Part shown: piece after piece, positions 63,466-64,000 of the stretch
Numbering within the stretch: position 1 is the stretch's first letter
Layout: the number at the start of each line of letters is the position of its first letter
DNA from: Bacteroidaceae bacterium
Lineage (GTDB): Bacteria; Bacillota; Clostridia; Lachnospirales; Lachnospiraceae
Assembly (NCBI GenBank): GCA_963650485.1
Contig: CAVJLN010000010.1
Span: 6,076 to 70,075, forward strand
Direction: 5' to 3'
DNA: 64,000 nt
Made by a program: the position numbers and the translations under genes
Notes under the pieces: generated by a model
Told to the model about the DNA's origin: nothing
What the model saw: only the letters and a program-made list of their open reading frames with translations
Databases searched by the model: none

Positions 63466-63999
63466 TTATATCCTTATTACTGCATTAGTAGATAAAATAT
63501 TAATTGTTCTTATTTTTACCTTTTGCTTCACAACTTTTGATTTGTCGACTTGTTTGACGAAATTCTCGAATCCTCTTTGAATATTTAAATCTGGATTCAT
63601 CACCTTAATCATTCTTACTTTTTGTATACCGAATGCAGCCTGTGAAGTAGAATTTTTTGCTTCAGCAAATTGTCTTTCTACAAAATCCGATTCAAATGAA
63701 TACTTTAAAAAGTATGGACTTACCAAATTGCTATTTGGTTGAACCAAAACTATATTTGCCGATAACGTATAATCGTCACGAGCAGGAACAAATACTGGAT
63801 TACCAATAGTTCCTATCTTTCCAATTACAAAATCGCCTTCATGCAATGTATATCTATTCAAATGTTCTTCCAAAACTTTTCGACTAACCTTCCGAGCACC
63901 TTCAAAATCTATTTTTCCCGTCTTATAATCGCAATCTTTTGTACTTACATAAGGAATTCCGTTTTCATCTATGGGAGGTGTTCTGTGACTTGGCTGTGG
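63466..63999 (-). CDS. hsdS: Type I RM specificity subunit, 3' part (runs off window end)
   Basis: Frame is open to the window edge (PQPSHRTP...GIPYVS); GDFVIGKIGTIG TRD motif and P..IQ..F..FVKQVDKSK conserved helix. Confidence 0.85.
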   Translation of the reverse strand, partial: PQPSHRTPPIDENGIPYVSTKDCDYKTGKIDFEGARKVSRKVLEEHLNRYTLHEGDFVIGKIGTIGNPVFVPARDDYTLSANIVLVQPNSNLVSPYFLKYSFESDFVERQFAEAKNSTSQAAFGIQKVRMIKVMNPDLNIQRGFENFVKQVDKSKVVKQKVKIRTINILSTNAVIRI

Positions 64000-64000
64000 A

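Noticed and set aside
1..64000. tRNA, rRNA, IS transposase, integrase or prophage genes
   Set aside because: None were recognised, and the intergenic gaps are short and otherwise accounted for.

Overview
This 64 kb window is mostly core chromosome from a spore-forming clostridial Firmicute; gene content and order look Lachnospiraceae-like (inference). All but one credible gene lie on the minus strand. Housekeeping blocks are aspS, prfA-prmC-DUF1385-rpmE-rho, thyX, purCBF, a polar amino-acid ABC transporter, htpG with a perfect CIRCE, sbcDC, spoIIAA-AB-sigF, folC, valS with a Val T-box, truA and tig-clpP-clpX-lon-yihA. The window ends in an AT-rich type I restriction-modification locus. The most unusual signals are non-coding. 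(1) Two tandem arrays (6101-6300 and 46208-46366) hold seven ~42-nt hairpin units with conserved ends, covarying stems, tandem G.A mismatches and GNA triloops on the minus strand, which are features typical of stable ssDNA hairpins. (2) There is a related GA-hairpin at ~23.95 kb and a dispersed GTAACWRTTCAG motif. (3) A four-way-junction structured element lies upstream of rho. (4) A TwoAYGGAY-like element lies upstream of spoIIAA. Coding oddities are an uncharacterised four-gene operon with a degenerate Hsp70/actin-fold protein (DUF5716/DUF5717-like), an orphan antitoxin whose toxin carries an internal deletion, a PurF lacking Cys1, a divergent ThyX motif, a radical SAM gene paired with a lipid-flippase-like gene, and an unannotated 48-aa ORF. 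No database searches were run, so family assignments come from motif recognition.
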